From positions 1-64,000 of IMG/VR virus record IMGVR_UViG_3300017917_001940: 64,000 nt of DNA. The stretch is one strand, 5' to 3'. The translations under genes were made by a program, and so were the position numbers. Below the pieces are notes generated by a model that was given only the letters and a program-made list of their open reading frames with translations, did no database searches and was not told where the DNA came from. Position 1 is the first letter of the stretch. Each line of letters starts with the position of its first letter. This document shows, in pieces, positions 27,611 through 37,497 of this stretch. The DNA comes from a virus.

Positions 27611-28710
27611 TGTCAAAAGCCCAATATAATTTAAACACAAAAACTAACTACTTACAACGTAAGATGTTCTTAGATCCTGCCGGTCCTGTAACAATACAAA
27701 GATTCGAGGAGGTAAAATATCAGAAGATTGCCAAGTATGAGCAAGAGGCACGTGGATTCTTCTGGGTGCCCGAAGAGATCTCATTGACCAAGGATGCCGC
27801 GGACTTTAAAGATGCCTCGGACACAGTGCGTCACATTTTCACCAGTAACTTGTTACGCCAAACAGCACTAGATAGTTTACAAGGTCGCGGCCCTAGTCAA
27901 ATCTTCACACCAGTAGTGGGGTTGCCTGAGTTAGAAGCGTTAGTGTATTGTTGGACATTCTTCGAAACCAATATTCACTCACGTAGTTACAGCCACATCA
28001 TTCGTAACATTTACAATGTGCCTAAGGATGTGTTTAACACTATCCATGACACAAAAGAGATTGTTGATATGGCCAGCAGTATTGGCAAGTATTATGATCA
28101 GTTACACGTAATTAACTGTCGTAAAGAAGCCGGTGAACAAGTTGACGAGCGTGAACACGTCAAAGCCATCTGGTTAGCACTCAACGCTAGTTATGGCTTA
28201 GAAGCATTCCGCTTTATGGTTAGCTTTGCCACAAGCCTTGCCATGGTTGAGAATCGTATCTTTATTGGCAACGGTAACATTATCAGCTTGATTTTACAAG
28301 ATGAGATTTTACACAAAGATTGGACAGCCTATTTGATTAACCAAGTGGTCAAAGAAGATCCACGATTCAAAGCCGCCCAGGTAGAGTGTGAAGAAGAAGT
28401 GTATGCCATGTACATGGATGTAATCCGCGAGGAAAAACTTTGGGCAGATTATTTGTTTAAGAAAGGTCCTGTGATTGGTTTGAACGCCGGCATTCTTAAA
28501 GAGTTTGTTGACTACACAGCCGTTGGTGCTCTAAAGGAGATTGGTATTAAATATCAACATCCTGCGCCAAAGACCACACCTATTCCTTGGTTCAACAAAC
28601 ACGTGAACACAAGCAATAAACAAACAGCACTACAAGAAAACGAATCAACCAATTACGTTATCGGAGTTATGAGTGATACTCTTGACTATGATGCGTTACC
28701 ACAATTATAA
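27610..28710 (+). CDS. nrdB: Ribonucleotide reductase class Ia beta subunit
   Basis: FFWVPEEI, ETNIHSRSY, EAFRF, QDEILH, PQL tail. Confidence 0.95.
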   Translation: MSKAQYNLNTKTNYLQRKMFLDPAGPVTIQRFEEVKYQKIAKYEQEARGFFWVPEEISLTKDAADFKDASDTVRHIFTSNLLRQTALDSLQGRGPSQIFTPVVGLPELEALVYCWTFFETNIHSRSYSHIIRNIYNVPKDVFNTIHDTKEIVDMASSIGKYYDQLHVINCRKEAGEQVDEREHVKAIWLALNASYGLEAFRFMVSFATSLAMVENRIFIGNGNIISLILQDEILHKDWTAYLINQVVKEDPRFKAAQVECEEEVYAMYMDVIREEKLWADYLFKKGPVIGLNAGILKEFVDYTAVGALKEIGIKYQHPAPKTTPIPWFNKHVNTSNKQTALQENESTNYVIGVMSDTLDYDALPQL

Positions 28711-28723
28711 TAAGGAGATGAAC

Positions 28724-28945
28724 ATGCGAGCTATTGTATGGAGTAAAGATAATTGCCCCTTCTGTGAACAGGCCAAAGGTTTGTTAAAAATGAAAGGCAT
28801 TGAGTTTGAAGAAAAACGTATCGGACACGGTTACACACGTGAACAATTATTAGAAGCAGTTCCAACTGCCCGAACAGTACCACAGATCTTCTTAGATGAT
28901 CAACTGATCGGTGGTTTTACAGAACTTAAAAAACACTTAGGATAA
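28724..28945 (+). CDS. Glutaredoxin (start re-called to 28724)
   Basis: CPFC, TVPQIF, IGGF; AAGGAG SD. Confidence 0.9.
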   Translation: MRAIVWSKDNCPFCEQAKGLLKMKGIEFEEKRIGHGYTREQLLEAVPTARTVPQIFLDDQLIGGFTELKKHLG

Positions 28946-28946
28946 T

Positions 28947-29252
28947 ATGAATCAAATTGAAAAAGACTTAGTATACACAATCAAGATCGCTAACGGTGAT
29001 GAAGTTATTACAAAAGTAGTAGATATTGATGCCGAAGGCAATTATATCATTCAAAAACCACTAACTATTGTACCCACACGAGAAGGCATTCAAATGATTG
29101 CCAGTTTGTTTACTGCAAATCCTGACAAAAATGCCACACTAAATAAAAGTCAGTGCTCATTAATTGCACTAGCACGTGATGAAGTTCGCGATAGTTATAT
29201 TGAAGCGACCACAGGAATTAAACCTGTAAGCAGTAAAATTTTAATGGGATAA
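28947..29252 (+). CDS. Hypothetical (Sm-like fold possible)
   Basis: VYTIKIANGDEVITKV beta-rich pattern. Confidence 0.5.
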   Translation: MNQIEKDLVYTIKIANGDEVITKVVDIDAEGNYIIQKPLTIVPTREGIQMIASLFTANPDKNATLNKSQCSLIALARDEVRDSYIEATTGIKPVSSKILMG

Positions 29253-29255
29253 ACA

Positions 29256-29543
29256 ATGCCAGCAGTACAGAGACAAGGTGATGCTAATGGAGCAGGTGGA
29301 GTCATCACAGGCGGGGTTGGATCTGTACGAGTAAATGGTCGTCCTATCGCTGTAGCTGGGTTAGGTGTAACGCCACACCCATGTTGTGGTCAGCAAGGTT
29401 GTCCCTCAGTACACTGTTTTGCCAGCACAACAGGCGGAGCCAGAACTGTAAGAGCCGGCGGAGTTCCTGTTAGTCTTACTGGAGCACCTGATACCTGCGG
29501 TGATAGTCGTGCCGGCGGTAGCCCGAATGTAAGGGCTATATAA
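29256..29543 (+). CDS. PAAR-domain spike tip protein (gp5.4-like)
   Basis: MPAVQRQGD, VRVNGRPIAVAG, PHPCC, TCG. Confidence 0.85.
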   Translation: MPAVQRQGDANGAGGVITGGVGSVRVNGRPIAVAGLGVTPHPCCGQQGCPSVHCFASTTGGARTVRAGGVPVSLTGAPDTCGDSRAGGSPNVRAI

Positions 29544-31480
29544 TGGCTGTTAATGGAATACTAAGTTCGGTTAATCTCATTGCGGGCGCCGGCATCCTAG
29601 GCAACGTCAATGGCCCTACATTTGGAGCTAATACTGGATTAACATCAAACATTAGTTCTTACACTAGTGTAGCAGTAGTAAGTCAATTTGCCAATGTTGC
29701 TACCTCTGGATTTGTTACTGCAAATGTTGTATCAAATACCTTTCCTGCATTAACTAATGGTATTCCGACAAGCTATCAAAGTTCCCTAGGCAACGGTACT
29801 ATGACCGGAGCCATCCAGTATCAATCCAATCGAATTCTAGGCGGGGGAGATAACGGCAAGTTTAGCCAAATACTTTCTTCTGCCAGTGGGTACATGGTCA
29901 CAATAAATCAGTTGATCAAAAGCATGCTCAATGCTAATAGTCCTGAAAATAAAACTAATTTTGTCAGTCAAGACAATGTTATCAGCGGAAGTCTTAGTGG
30001 TTGGACACTGGCATTTTCTGCAACTGGCCAAGATCTTGTTCAACTAGGAAACTTAATTGATTTTGCAAATCTTGGACAACTTGGTAGCCCGTATGCTTTA
30101 TTAAAACAGATTTTTGCACAGACAGCATCAACACCTTCGTTAAACAATGCATTGATATTGGCAGGCATTAGTGAAGAAACATTAACTACATTTGGTAGCA
30201 CAACGTTAAGTGATGCAGAACAAAAGTTAATTTATCAAGCAATGACTAATATCAAAGGGTCTGATCTTACACAAATTTTGAGATTGTTAAAGGTAACAAC
30301 TTCAGGATTGGAAACAATGGCCGATTTGCTAAATCCTATAAAGATTTTTCCAAGAAGTTTTACTACTTTTACAACTACAACTAAAAATGGGCTTCGTGCT
30401 ATCTATCTTGATAATATTGGCACTATTAATTCGTTGCTCTTAACCGAACTTCCTCAAGAGGTTCTTAGACCATTACAAGGTATACCTCAGGCAAGTACTA
30501 CCACTTACGAACAACTTAAAAAGATCATTCCACCCGACCAGGCTTTGGCCAACAAAGCATTACAGGTAGCACTTGAACAAGTTAAAACTATTTTTAACAC
30601 AACGGCGGTGAAACTCGGTCGCTCCATGATAAATTTAGAAACCGACATTGGTCTTGGATTGATTAATGCCCTCACTCAACCATTACCAGCTAACGTTGCG
30701 GCATTTTATCAAAATAATCTCACATTGGGCACAGGCCCAGATGGTTTGTTATTATTAACAGATATTATCGGAACTCCATCCGGTTGGGTACACAATGATA
30801 ACCTCACTAATACTGTAGTTGAATTAAACTACATGACATCGGTAAATGCCTTTGCTAATTTAACCAATGGTTCCAATGGTGTGTACACAACTATGGCTAA
30901 CACAGCCAATGGTGATTATACAACAAGTTCTGGGTTTCCGTTAGTGACATGGTCTACAGTAATTCCTGCTGGTCAACCCGGGTCTGGTACTTACACAGGA
31001 AATACAGCATCAGAATCAATACAACTGGCATTTAATAATGGATTAATTCCAAACATGATTGCTAATGTTAATTCTATCGTTATCAGCTATTCGGGTAACG
31101 TAACACAATTGAATAATAACTGGTCCAATATTGCAACTCAAATCAATCGTGAAAATTACATACTCGCAAATGCTCAAGTTGATTTTGCTAATTTAGCACC
31201 AAATGTTACTCCTACTTCCATGGTAAGCAGTTTATCTTATTATGGTTTAGACACAGCTGAGGGCGGTGCGGCTTACATATTACAGAGTGTTGCTGATATA
31301 TCAACACTAAGTGGTCAAGCGGTAATCTCAACCATGAGAGAAGCTCGTAATCAAGTATTGTTAAGTAATGCTGGAATCGAAACTAACATTGTAATAAGTG
31401 ATCAATATCCAGAGACTCAAGCCAATTTGGGCACAACGCAGTATACCGTTTCACAAGCTTCAAGTCAAAAAATCATTTGA
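29543..31480 (+). CDS. Large hypothetical virion-associated protein
   Basis: 645 aa, N/T/S-rich, coupled to PAAR. Confidence 0.5.
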   Translation: MAVNGILSSVNLIAGAGILGNVNGPTFGANTGLTSNISSYTSVAVVSQFANVATSGFVTANVVSNTFPALTNGIPTSYQSSLGNGTMTGAIQYQSNRILGGGDNGKFSQILSSASGYMVTINQLIKSMLNANSPENKTNFVSQDNVISGSLSGWTLAFSATGQDLVQLGNLIDFANLGQLGSPYALLKQIFAQTASTPSLNNALILAGISEETLTTFGSTTLSDAEQKLIYQAMTNIKGSDLTQILRLLKVTTSGLETMADLLNPIKIFPRSFTTFTTTTKNGLRAIYLDNIGTINSLLLTELPQEVLRPLQGIPQASTTTYEQLKKIIPPDQALANKALQVALEQVKTIFNTTAVKLGRSMINLETDIGLGLINALTQPLPANVAAFYQNNLTLGTGPDGLLLLTDIIGTPSGWVHNDNLTNTVVELNYMTSVNAFANLTNGSNGVYTTMANTANGDYTTSSGFPLVTWSTVIPAGQPGSGTYTGNTASESIQLAFNNGLIPNMIANVNSIVISYSGNVTQLNNNWSNIATQINRENYILANAQVDFANLAPNVTPTSMVSSLSYYGLDTAEGGAAYILQSVADISTLSGQAVISTMREARNQVLLSNAGIETNIVISDQYPETQANLGTTQYTVSQASSQKII

Positions 31481-31505
31481 CATTTTAAGTAAATTCTCTT
31501 ATACT
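31477..31505 (+). promoter_or_regulatory. sigma70 promoter
   Basis: TTGACA-17nt-TATACT. Confidence 0.75.
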
Positions 31506-31529
31506 ATCTTCATTGTTAAGGAGAATATT

Positions 31530-31799
31530 ATGACTGACGAAAACGGTATCAACCCAGAAAATCTACAACCAGAAGACACTGTAAAACCCAAACGAGTTCG
31601 CAAACCAAAAGTTGAGAAAACGGAAGAGCCAGCAGTAGAAGCCAAAGAAGAAACTATCGAAGCTGGGTGGCAATACACATATAATCATCCAGAATATGAT
31701 ATGTACAAAGCATATCAAAAATATTTTGAAGAGCAGTCTAAAACGGTTTTGGATTATTGGACAGCGGTTATGAAGAACTTGTGGAACCCGTGGAAATGA
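31530..31799 (+). CDS. Hypothetical protein (start re-called to 31530)
   Basis: AAGGAG SD before MTDENG. Confidence 0.6.
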   Translation: MTDENGINPENLQPEDTVKPKRVRKPKVEKTEEPAVEAKEETIEAGWQYTYNHPEYDMYKAYQKYFEEQSKTVLDYWTAVMKNLWNPWK

Positions 31800-32014
31800 T
31801 CCCAGATCGAGACGTAAACGAACCATACGAAATACTAGGCAGAGTAACCCACACTCTTTGTGAAGATTATGAACCTCTAGCAGTAGCCGCAGTGCTTATG
31901 GTCATGGGCATGAGAATTTATAAGACCATTCTCGAAGATGGTGAGTACGAACAAATCATTCGAGATGTACTAGCACGTCAGGACAAAGTTTTTCCTTTTA
32001 AATTTGGGAGGTAG
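31796..32014 (+). CDS. Hypothetical protein (start re-called to 31796)
   Basis: ATGA overlap. Confidence 0.55.
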   Translation: MIPDRDVNEPYEILGRVTHTLCEDYEPLAVAAVLMVMGMRIYKTILEDGEYEQIIRDVLARQDKVFPFKFGR

Positions 32015-32015
32015 C

Positions 32016-32177
32016 ATGAGCGAGTTTAGAGCGTGGGTTTACCAAGTGTGGCAAGACAACTGTAGCGAGCACGATGCATATAACGAGCTACCTTTTACCC
32101 AACAAGAGTATTTTAATCGTTACAAATACTGGCTCAAGCGAGAATTCCGCTATAAAAAATCCCTTATAAATCAATGA
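32016..32177 (+). CDS. Small hypothetical protein (53 aa, not in ORF track)
   Basis: GGAGG SD; MSEFRAWVYQVWQDNC...KREF. Confidence 0.55.
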   Translation: MSEFRAWVYQVWQDNCSEHDAYNELPFTQQEYFNRYKYWLKREFRYKKSLINQ

Positions 32178-32182
32178 CTTAC

Positions 32183-32208
32183 AACCCCTAGAAATAGGGG
32201 TTTCTTTT
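32183..32208 (+). terminator. Rho-independent terminator
   Basis: AACCCCTA-GAAA-TAGGGGTT plus T-rich tail. Confidence 0.8.
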
Positions 32209-32276
32209 GGTCGACCACTAATGCCAAAAGTGCTACAATTATACTATAAATTAATACTTCGGAAAGGAAATTGTAA

Positions 32277-32495
32277 ATGGACAAATATACAGTTAAAGCA
32301 ACAGCTCAACTCGCAGGTTATGCCCTAGCGGTAGCCACAGTAGGTTTTATCACAGCCGCGGTGCTTGATTACTTCAAACCCACCCCAGAACAAGGTATTT
32401 TTGCTATTGCAATGGCGGTTTTAGCATATACAGCATATAATCTTGTTAAAATTCAAGCAGATATACTTAGATTCCGCGATAAAAATCGCAAGTAA
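32277..32495 (+). CDS. Small two-helix membrane protein
   Basis: Two hydrophobic segments; promoter TCGACC-17-TACAAT upstream. Confidence 0.6.
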   Translation: MDKYTVKATAQLAGYALAVATVGFITAAVLDYFKPTPEQGIFAIAMAVLAYTAYNLVKIQADILRFRDKNRK

Positions 32496-32565
32496 AACGG
32501 TTGACCAGAATTACCCATTTTGTTAAAATATTACTATACAGTTAAGAAATAGGAGCTAAAAATGG
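32495..32565 (+). repeat. Promoter-RBS cassette copy 1
   Basis: AAACGGTTGACC-17-TAAAAT-ATTACTATA..GTTAAGAAATAGGAGCTAAAAATGG. Confidence 0.85.
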
Positions 32566-32765
32566 AATTCGAAAAAGCAGTGTTAGGCACAGTAGCAGTA
32601 ACTTTGGGCAACTGGATTCCTGCCAGTTTCACTTGCGGTAGTTTGTTCGTTGAGTGTGACCAAGCAGATTCAGACGCATTGTTTGAAGTGTTGCGAAAAA
32701 ACTACACCGGTCGCTTGATCAAAAGCGGTCCTATCCAAGGCGAATACGCCTACGACTTTGTATAA
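32562..32765 (+). CDS. Small hypothetical early protein
   Basis: Driven by cassette copy 1. Confidence 0.65.
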   Translation: MEFEKAVLGTVAVTLGNWIPASFTCGSLFVECDQADSDALFEVLRKNYTGRLIKSGPIQGEYAYDFV

Positions 32766-32770
32766 AAACC

Positions 32771-32839
32771 AAACGGTTGACCAAAATCAACCGTTTTGTT
32801 ATAATATTACTATAGTTAAGAAATAGGAGCTAAAAATGG
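32771..32839 (+). repeat. Promoter-RBS cassette copy 2
   Basis: Near-identical to 32495-32565; TTGACC-17-TATAAT; contains a perfect 10-bp inverted repeat. Confidence 0.85.
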
Positions 32840-33189
32840 CAACATTAGATTATACAGCAGAACAAATCAAAGACATCGTGGCAGAAGCCAAGGCTGAAGC
32901 CAGCAAGGCCGCAGAGGCTTATTTCCAAAAAGAACTAGGTGGTGTTGATCAATACGCCTGTGGTTTTGGTTGGTTAGAAATTTACGGCATTCGAGGCAAC
33001 ACCAAACTAGGCAAAGCATTCAAGGCCGCTGGTGTTGAGAAAAACTACAATGGTGCGTTTAGCATTTGGAATCCATCAGGACACGGTGCCCAAAACATTG
33101 ATGTCAAATACGAAGGTGCCCGTGCCGCTCAAAAGGTATTCGAGAAATATGGTTTCACTCGTGCCTTTGCTTGCTCGAGGTTAGATTAA
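32836..33189 (+). CDS. Hypothetical early protein
   Basis: Driven by cassette copy 2. Confidence 0.65.
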   Translation: MATLDYTAEQIKDIVAEAKAEASKAAEAYFQKELGGVDQYACGFGWLEIYGIRGNTKLGKAFKAAGVEKNYNGAFSIWNPSGHGAQNIDVKYEGARAAQKVFEKYGFTRAFACSRLD

Positions 33190-33551
33190 TGCGTAACAGC
33201 AAACTACCTGGATTCATGGATCGTCATGGCGGTCCATCAACAGAGTATAATGTTCCAGTACATACTCAAGAAGCACTGGAACATTATTTGATCTCAGGAT
33301 TTCAGCCAGGCGGATTCTTATCATCTATGTTGGCAATGAATATGGAACGAGCAGTATATAACGCAGACGTGGCAAATAAACAAGCGTTCGTTAGTATTGC
33401 TCGTTGGATTATAGAATATGCTCCTAAAGCCAGCTGGGGCAGTTATCAAGCAATCGACGATTGGTGTGCTGATAAAGATGGTCGTAGAACCAAGTACGGC
33501 ACAAACATTGAAAAAGAATACGTTGCACGAGTATTGAAAGAAGGTGTGTAG
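33189..33551 (+). CDS. Hypothetical protein (start re-called to 33189)
   Basis: TAATG coupling. Confidence 0.55.
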   Translation: MRNSKLPGFMDRHGGPSTEYNVPVHTQEALEHYLISGFQPGGFLSSMLAMNMERAVYNADVANKQAFVSIARWIIEYAPKASWGSYQAIDDWCADKDGRRTKYGTNIEKEYVARVLKEGV

Positions 33552-33919
33552 TGCTAAAGATTGATAAAACTGATCGCCGTATGAATGGTCACCGTGACTT
33601 CAAATATCGCATTAAGTTTGACCTACACAGTTTCCTCAACAATGATTATAGCATAGAAGCAACAATGGCGGCCTGGAATAATGCCAACCGTGCGTTTTTG
33701 ATGTGTTCCAAATACATGACTGAGACACACGGATACGGCCCAGAACTGAAGTTAGTTAATTACATGAAAGAAAATGGCGAGGGTGTTCCGTTGTGGGCCA
33801 CCCGTCATGCTTATAGTGTATTACATACCAAGCAACCAGATACCATCTATCTACGCGATGATGATGCACGTGAGAAGATTGAAAAGGTATTTGTGTTTTT
33901 ACAATTAAAATATAATTGA
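33551..33919 (+). CDS. Hypothetical protein
   Basis: GTG start coupled to upstream stop. Confidence 0.5.
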   Translation: MLKIDKTDRRMNGHRDFKYRIKFDLHSFLNNDYSIEATMAAWNNANRAFLMCSKYMTETHGYGPELKLVNYMKENGEGVPLWATRHAYSVLHTKQPDTIYLRDDDAREKIEKVFVFLQLKYN

Positions 33920-33926
33920 GGTTACA

Positions 33927-34109
33927 ATGAATCCAGAAAAGAAACAGCACTTGTTTAACAGCATTAAAATGACGTTGAGTAAAGATCAGATCGCTTCGTT
34001 TGTAGCTGGCTTGCATGAAGTTCAAGAAGAAATGTTGGAAGAACTTGTACGCAGAGCCGAAGCAAAAGGCTTTCCTGAAGCCAACGAACTAATCAAGCGA
34101 GTTAAATAA
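33927..34109 (+). CDS. Small hypothetical protein
   Basis: GAGG SD. Confidence 0.55.
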   Translation: MNPEKKQHLFNSIKMTLSKDQIASFVAGLHEVQEEMLEELVRRAEAKGFPEANELIKRVK

Positions 34110-34110
34110 T

Positions 34111-35523
34111 ATGTCAGCAGTATACAACACATACATTGACAAACCACATGAAATCATCTATGAAAGATTAGATGAACACGAAGGATTAAAGTTGGCCGCA
34201 GATTGGATTAGAGATTTAGAATCAAGCGACAGCAGAATTCACAAGGAAAAAGTTATTGAGAAAGCCTTGATGGCATCCAAACTTGGTAGTCTTAATGCTC
34301 AATGTTTCTTGTTTAACTGCTACCTAGCCTACAATCCATTTTTCATTTACAATATTAAACAAGTTCCGGAGACCGAGGGGCTTGTTGGCCAGGAAAATCC
34401 ATGGCCACGTTTCTGGGCACTAGCTGAATCATTACGCACTCGTAGCGTGACAGGTGGTATGGCAAGAAACGCTATTCACACAATCAGTCAACAATTTGAC
34501 AGCGAAGAATGGAATGGCCTAGCTCGTCGTGTGCTGATCAAGGACTTGCGTTGTGGCATCAGTGAAAAGACTTTAAACAAAGTACTAGGCAAGACTGAAT
34601 GGAAGATTCCTGTGTTTGCTTGTCAGTTAGCCACAGACTCTAACGATCATCCAAACAAAATGAAAGGTCGTAAGCGTTTAGAGTGTAAACTAGATGGTGT
34701 GCGTGTGTTGGCAGTGGTCACAGGCCCAGCAGTCAACTTGTACAGTCGTAATGGTAAAGCATTTGACAACTTTCCACAGGTTGCCGAAGCGATCAATCGC
34801 ATTAGACACAGACTAGAAACAGGTTATGGTGCCAGTGGTCGTTTTGTATTAGATGGCGAAATCGTTGGAGAAAGTTTCCAACAGTTAATGCGTCAAGCAC
34901 ATCGTAAGAGTGATGCTCAAACGGATGGTATGGTGTATAATATATTTGACGTTATTCCATTGGAAGACTTTGAGCGTGGTTGGTGGAATGCCCAACAATT
35001 CAAACGCACCAAGTGGTTAGAAAAAGTCAAAGAAGTTATTGAAAGCGAAGATTGCTTACAAGTCATGCCTGGATTAGATGTGGATTTGGACACCGCCGAA
35101 GGACAAGACATCATGCGTCGTTATGCTAACGAAGCAGTTAACCAAGGCTACGAAGGCATTATGATTAAAAACCTCGAAGCACCATATGAGTGCAAGCGTA
35201 GCAGTTTTTGGATGAAATGGAAACCGGTTATGAGTGTGGACCTGACTGTAATCGGTGTTGAAGAAGGTACAGGTCGTAATGCGGGCCGTTTAGGTGCCCT
35301 AATTTGTGAAGGAGTAGACAATGAGCGACATATTCGCGTTAATGTTGGTAGTGGTCTGTCTGACAGCGATCGTGACGTTTTCTGGACCGACCGCGATTCA
35401 ATTCTTGGTCACTTGGTTGAAGTCCAAGCTGATGCGGTAACCCAAAACCAAGACGGAACTTACAGTTTACGCTTTCCCCGATTCATGAGATTTAGAGATT
35501 TCGATGCGGGCGATAAACTGTAA
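34111..35523 (+). CDS. ATP-dependent DNA ligase
   Basis: CKLDGVR motif I, LDGEI, FDVI, EGIMIK, WMKWK, LRFPRF. Confidence 0.95.
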   Translation: MSAVYNTYIDKPHEIIYERLDEHEGLKLAADWIRDLESSDSRIHKEKVIEKALMASKLGSLNAQCFLFNCYLAYNPFFIYNIKQVPETEGLVGQENPWPRFWALAESLRTRSVTGGMARNAIHTISQQFDSEEWNGLARRVLIKDLRCGISEKTLNKVLGKTEWKIPVFACQLATDSNDHPNKMKGRKRLECKLDGVRVLAVVTGPAVNLYSRNGKAFDNFPQVAEAINRIRHRLETGYGASGRFVLDGEIVGESFQQLMRQAHRKSDAQTDGMVYNIFDVIPLEDFERGWWNAQQFKRTKWLEKVKEVIESEDCLQVMPGLDVDLDTAEGQDIMRRYANEAVNQGYEGIMIKNLEAPYECKRSSFWMKWKPVMSVDLTVIGVEEGTGRNAGRLGALICEGVDNERHIRVNVGSGLSDSDRDVFWTDRDSILGHLVEVQADAVTQNQDGTYSLRFPRFMRFRDFDAGDKL

Positions 35524-35703
35524 GTTGACAGGAAAATAAACTTATGTTAATCTATACTATATCAGTAGTGTTAGCTATTGTAGCAGTTATTGGTATTGCT
35601 AAAATTTGTGATTGTTTAGGAGATTGGCGATGATTCAACGTAAAGAATGGCTACACTATATCAAGTGGCGTATTAAAAAGTTTTTTAAAAGAAAGAACAT
35701 CAA

Positions 35704-35952
35704 GTGGCAACAATGATCACTGTGCCTAATGGTGCTACTGTTCACAGTCGTGTAGAATATGAGTTTGCTGATGCTAACACACAGCCAAACACTATTACAT
35801 GTCTCGCGGGTGGTAAGGAAATGTTAAGAGTTGGCCCAGATGGATTTTGGGTTCGTGGTGTAAAAGTCGAGCAAGATGATCAAGAAGCACAGGCAGTATA
35901 TAACGCATTTAAACAATGGATGGCTTGGATGAGCCTACAAGGACAATACTGA
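35704..35952 (+). CDS. Hypothetical protein
   Basis: ORF in operon. Confidence 0.5.
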   Translation: MATMITVPNGATVHSRVEYEFADANTQPNTITCLAGGKEMLRVGPDGFWVRGVKVEQDDQEAQAVYNAFKQWMAWMSLQGQY

Positions 35953-36176
35953 TGTCAAAAAAAGATAAAAAAGTAAAGATTGAATTTGCACCCGGTTGCT
36001 TTGACAATGTAGATCTTACACAAGAAGAATTAGATGGTATTGTTGCCATGCTTGAAAACATGACTGAGGAAGAATTCCTAGCCAATAGTACCGAATTAAC
36101 TGATGAGGATATCAATGATATTCCTGATGAAGTCGTTGAACAACTGTTTAATCAATCTAAAAGGACATTACAGTAA
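35951..36176 (+). CDS. Small acidic hypothetical protein (start re-called to 35951)
   Basis: TGATG coupling; MSKKDKKVKIEFAPGCFD. Confidence 0.55.
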
Positions 36177-37333
36177 TGGCTACTAAAAAAGAGCAAGAAC
36201 AATTAATGGAAACATTAAAGTTCACACCTCGCACTTATAAGATCAGCTTGTGGGGCTACGGTGGTGAAAAGGTTATGGGCACAGTAAACCAAGAAGTCTG
36301 GGATTACTGTATGGACAATCAAGTTAACCTACAAGATATTGCTTGGAACTACGATGTTGAAGAAGAAATGGGCCTTGATCCAGATATGTTACCATTTCCA
36401 CCAGGATCCTGGTATGAATGTGACGACATGGCACACGTTAATGGTGTAAGTCGTAGCGCCGGTACTATTCAAATTGAAGACGAAAACGGCAATGAAATTA
36501 TTCAAAAGTCGTTAGATGATTGTGACGGTTGCGAAGACAGCCCTACTTGGTGTTGCAATGATGAAGTTTGGGTTGGCATGAAGAAAAAGGGTGAGATTGT
36601 TTTTATTGGATCGAGCAACGAAAAAGGCACATTCTTTGAAGGAGATATTAATCTCAGGTCTCCATTTAATATTGAGTTGTTAGAACTACACTATGATGAA
36701 ATAGATGGTGAAGAAATTGTCAATGCTGTTTATTATGACGGCGAAGAAATTGATAACTATGGCGGTAGCACCGATGGTAAGAGCTCAGACTTTAACATGG
36801 TACGTCTAACTAGCGACGATGGTGAATGGGAACGATATGAACCTGGTGAAAAAGATTGGGGTCATCCTGAATTTGGTCCTAGTCCTAGTGACTGGGAAAG
36901 CTCTCCTAAGTTTAAGTTTAAACAACATAAACCGGTGTATCCAGGTTACTATAGTTTAAACTATGGTTATGGATCTAGTTACAGTAGTATGTATTGGGAC
37001 GGTAAAGAGTTTGGCGATTGGGAGTTTGGTAAATTTCATCCTATTGACCAAAAAGGTATTGTTACTTGGCAAGGGTATAATTGGGACACTAGTTCATGGG
37101 TTAACCAACCACCAGCGCCACCGGGATTTGAATGTAAGTGTGGTTGGGTAGGTAACCGTGATCAACTAGTCGAAGACGAAGAATATAACGATCATTGTCC
37201 TGCATGTAATAGTACTGATGTTTATTGGATTGATTACGATCCTGAAACTGCTAAAGGTCGTAAGAATCGAACAAAGTATTGTAAACCATGGGATCCAGCT
37301 CTAGCACTAGAACGTATTGCTGTACCAGAATGA
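36176..37333 (+). CDS. Acidic, aromatic-rich hypothetical protein with C-terminal Zn-ribbon-like motif
   Basis: ECKCG...HCPAC. Confidence 0.55.
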   Translation: MATKKEQEQLMETLKFTPRTYKISLWGYGGEKVMGTVNQEVWDYCMDNQVNLQDIAWNYDVEEEMGLDPDMLPFPPGSWYECDDMAHVNGVSRSAGTIQIEDENGNEIIQKSLDDCDGCEDSPTWCCNDEVWVGMKKKGEIVFIGSSNEKGTFFEGDINLRSPFNIELLELHYDEIDGEEIVNAVYYDGEEIDNYGGSTDGKSSDFNMVRLTSDDGEWERYEPGEKDWGHPEFGPSPSDWESSPKFKFKQHKPVYPGYYSLNYGYGSSYSSMYWDGKEFGDWEFGKFHPIDQKGIVTWQGYNWDTSSWVNQPPAPPGFECKCGWVGNRDQLVEDEEYNDHCPACNSTDVYWIDYDPETAKGRKNRTKYCKPWDPALALERIAVPE

Positions 37334-37497
37334 GCGAACAAGTAACCGATTGGTTTGACAAAAGATACAAGCCACGTTATACTGGATTGTATCAAGTTAT
37401 GCTTGCACATTGGCCCTGGCCTACATTGTTAATGTGGAATAACAAAACGGGTTGGGCAAATAACGATTTTGTAAAATGGAGGGGTATTAGTAAATGA
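37330..37497 (+). CDS. Small hypothetical protein
   Basis: ATGA coupling; MSEQVTDWF. Confidence 0.45.
   Translation: MSEQVTDWFDKRYKPRYTGLYQVMLAHWPWPTLLMWNNKTGWANNDFVKWRGISK

Noticed and set aside
35525-35553. Promoter TTGACA-17-TAATCT after the ligase
   Set aside because: Weak -10 box that overlaps a possible small ORF starting at 35544; cannot decide which is real.
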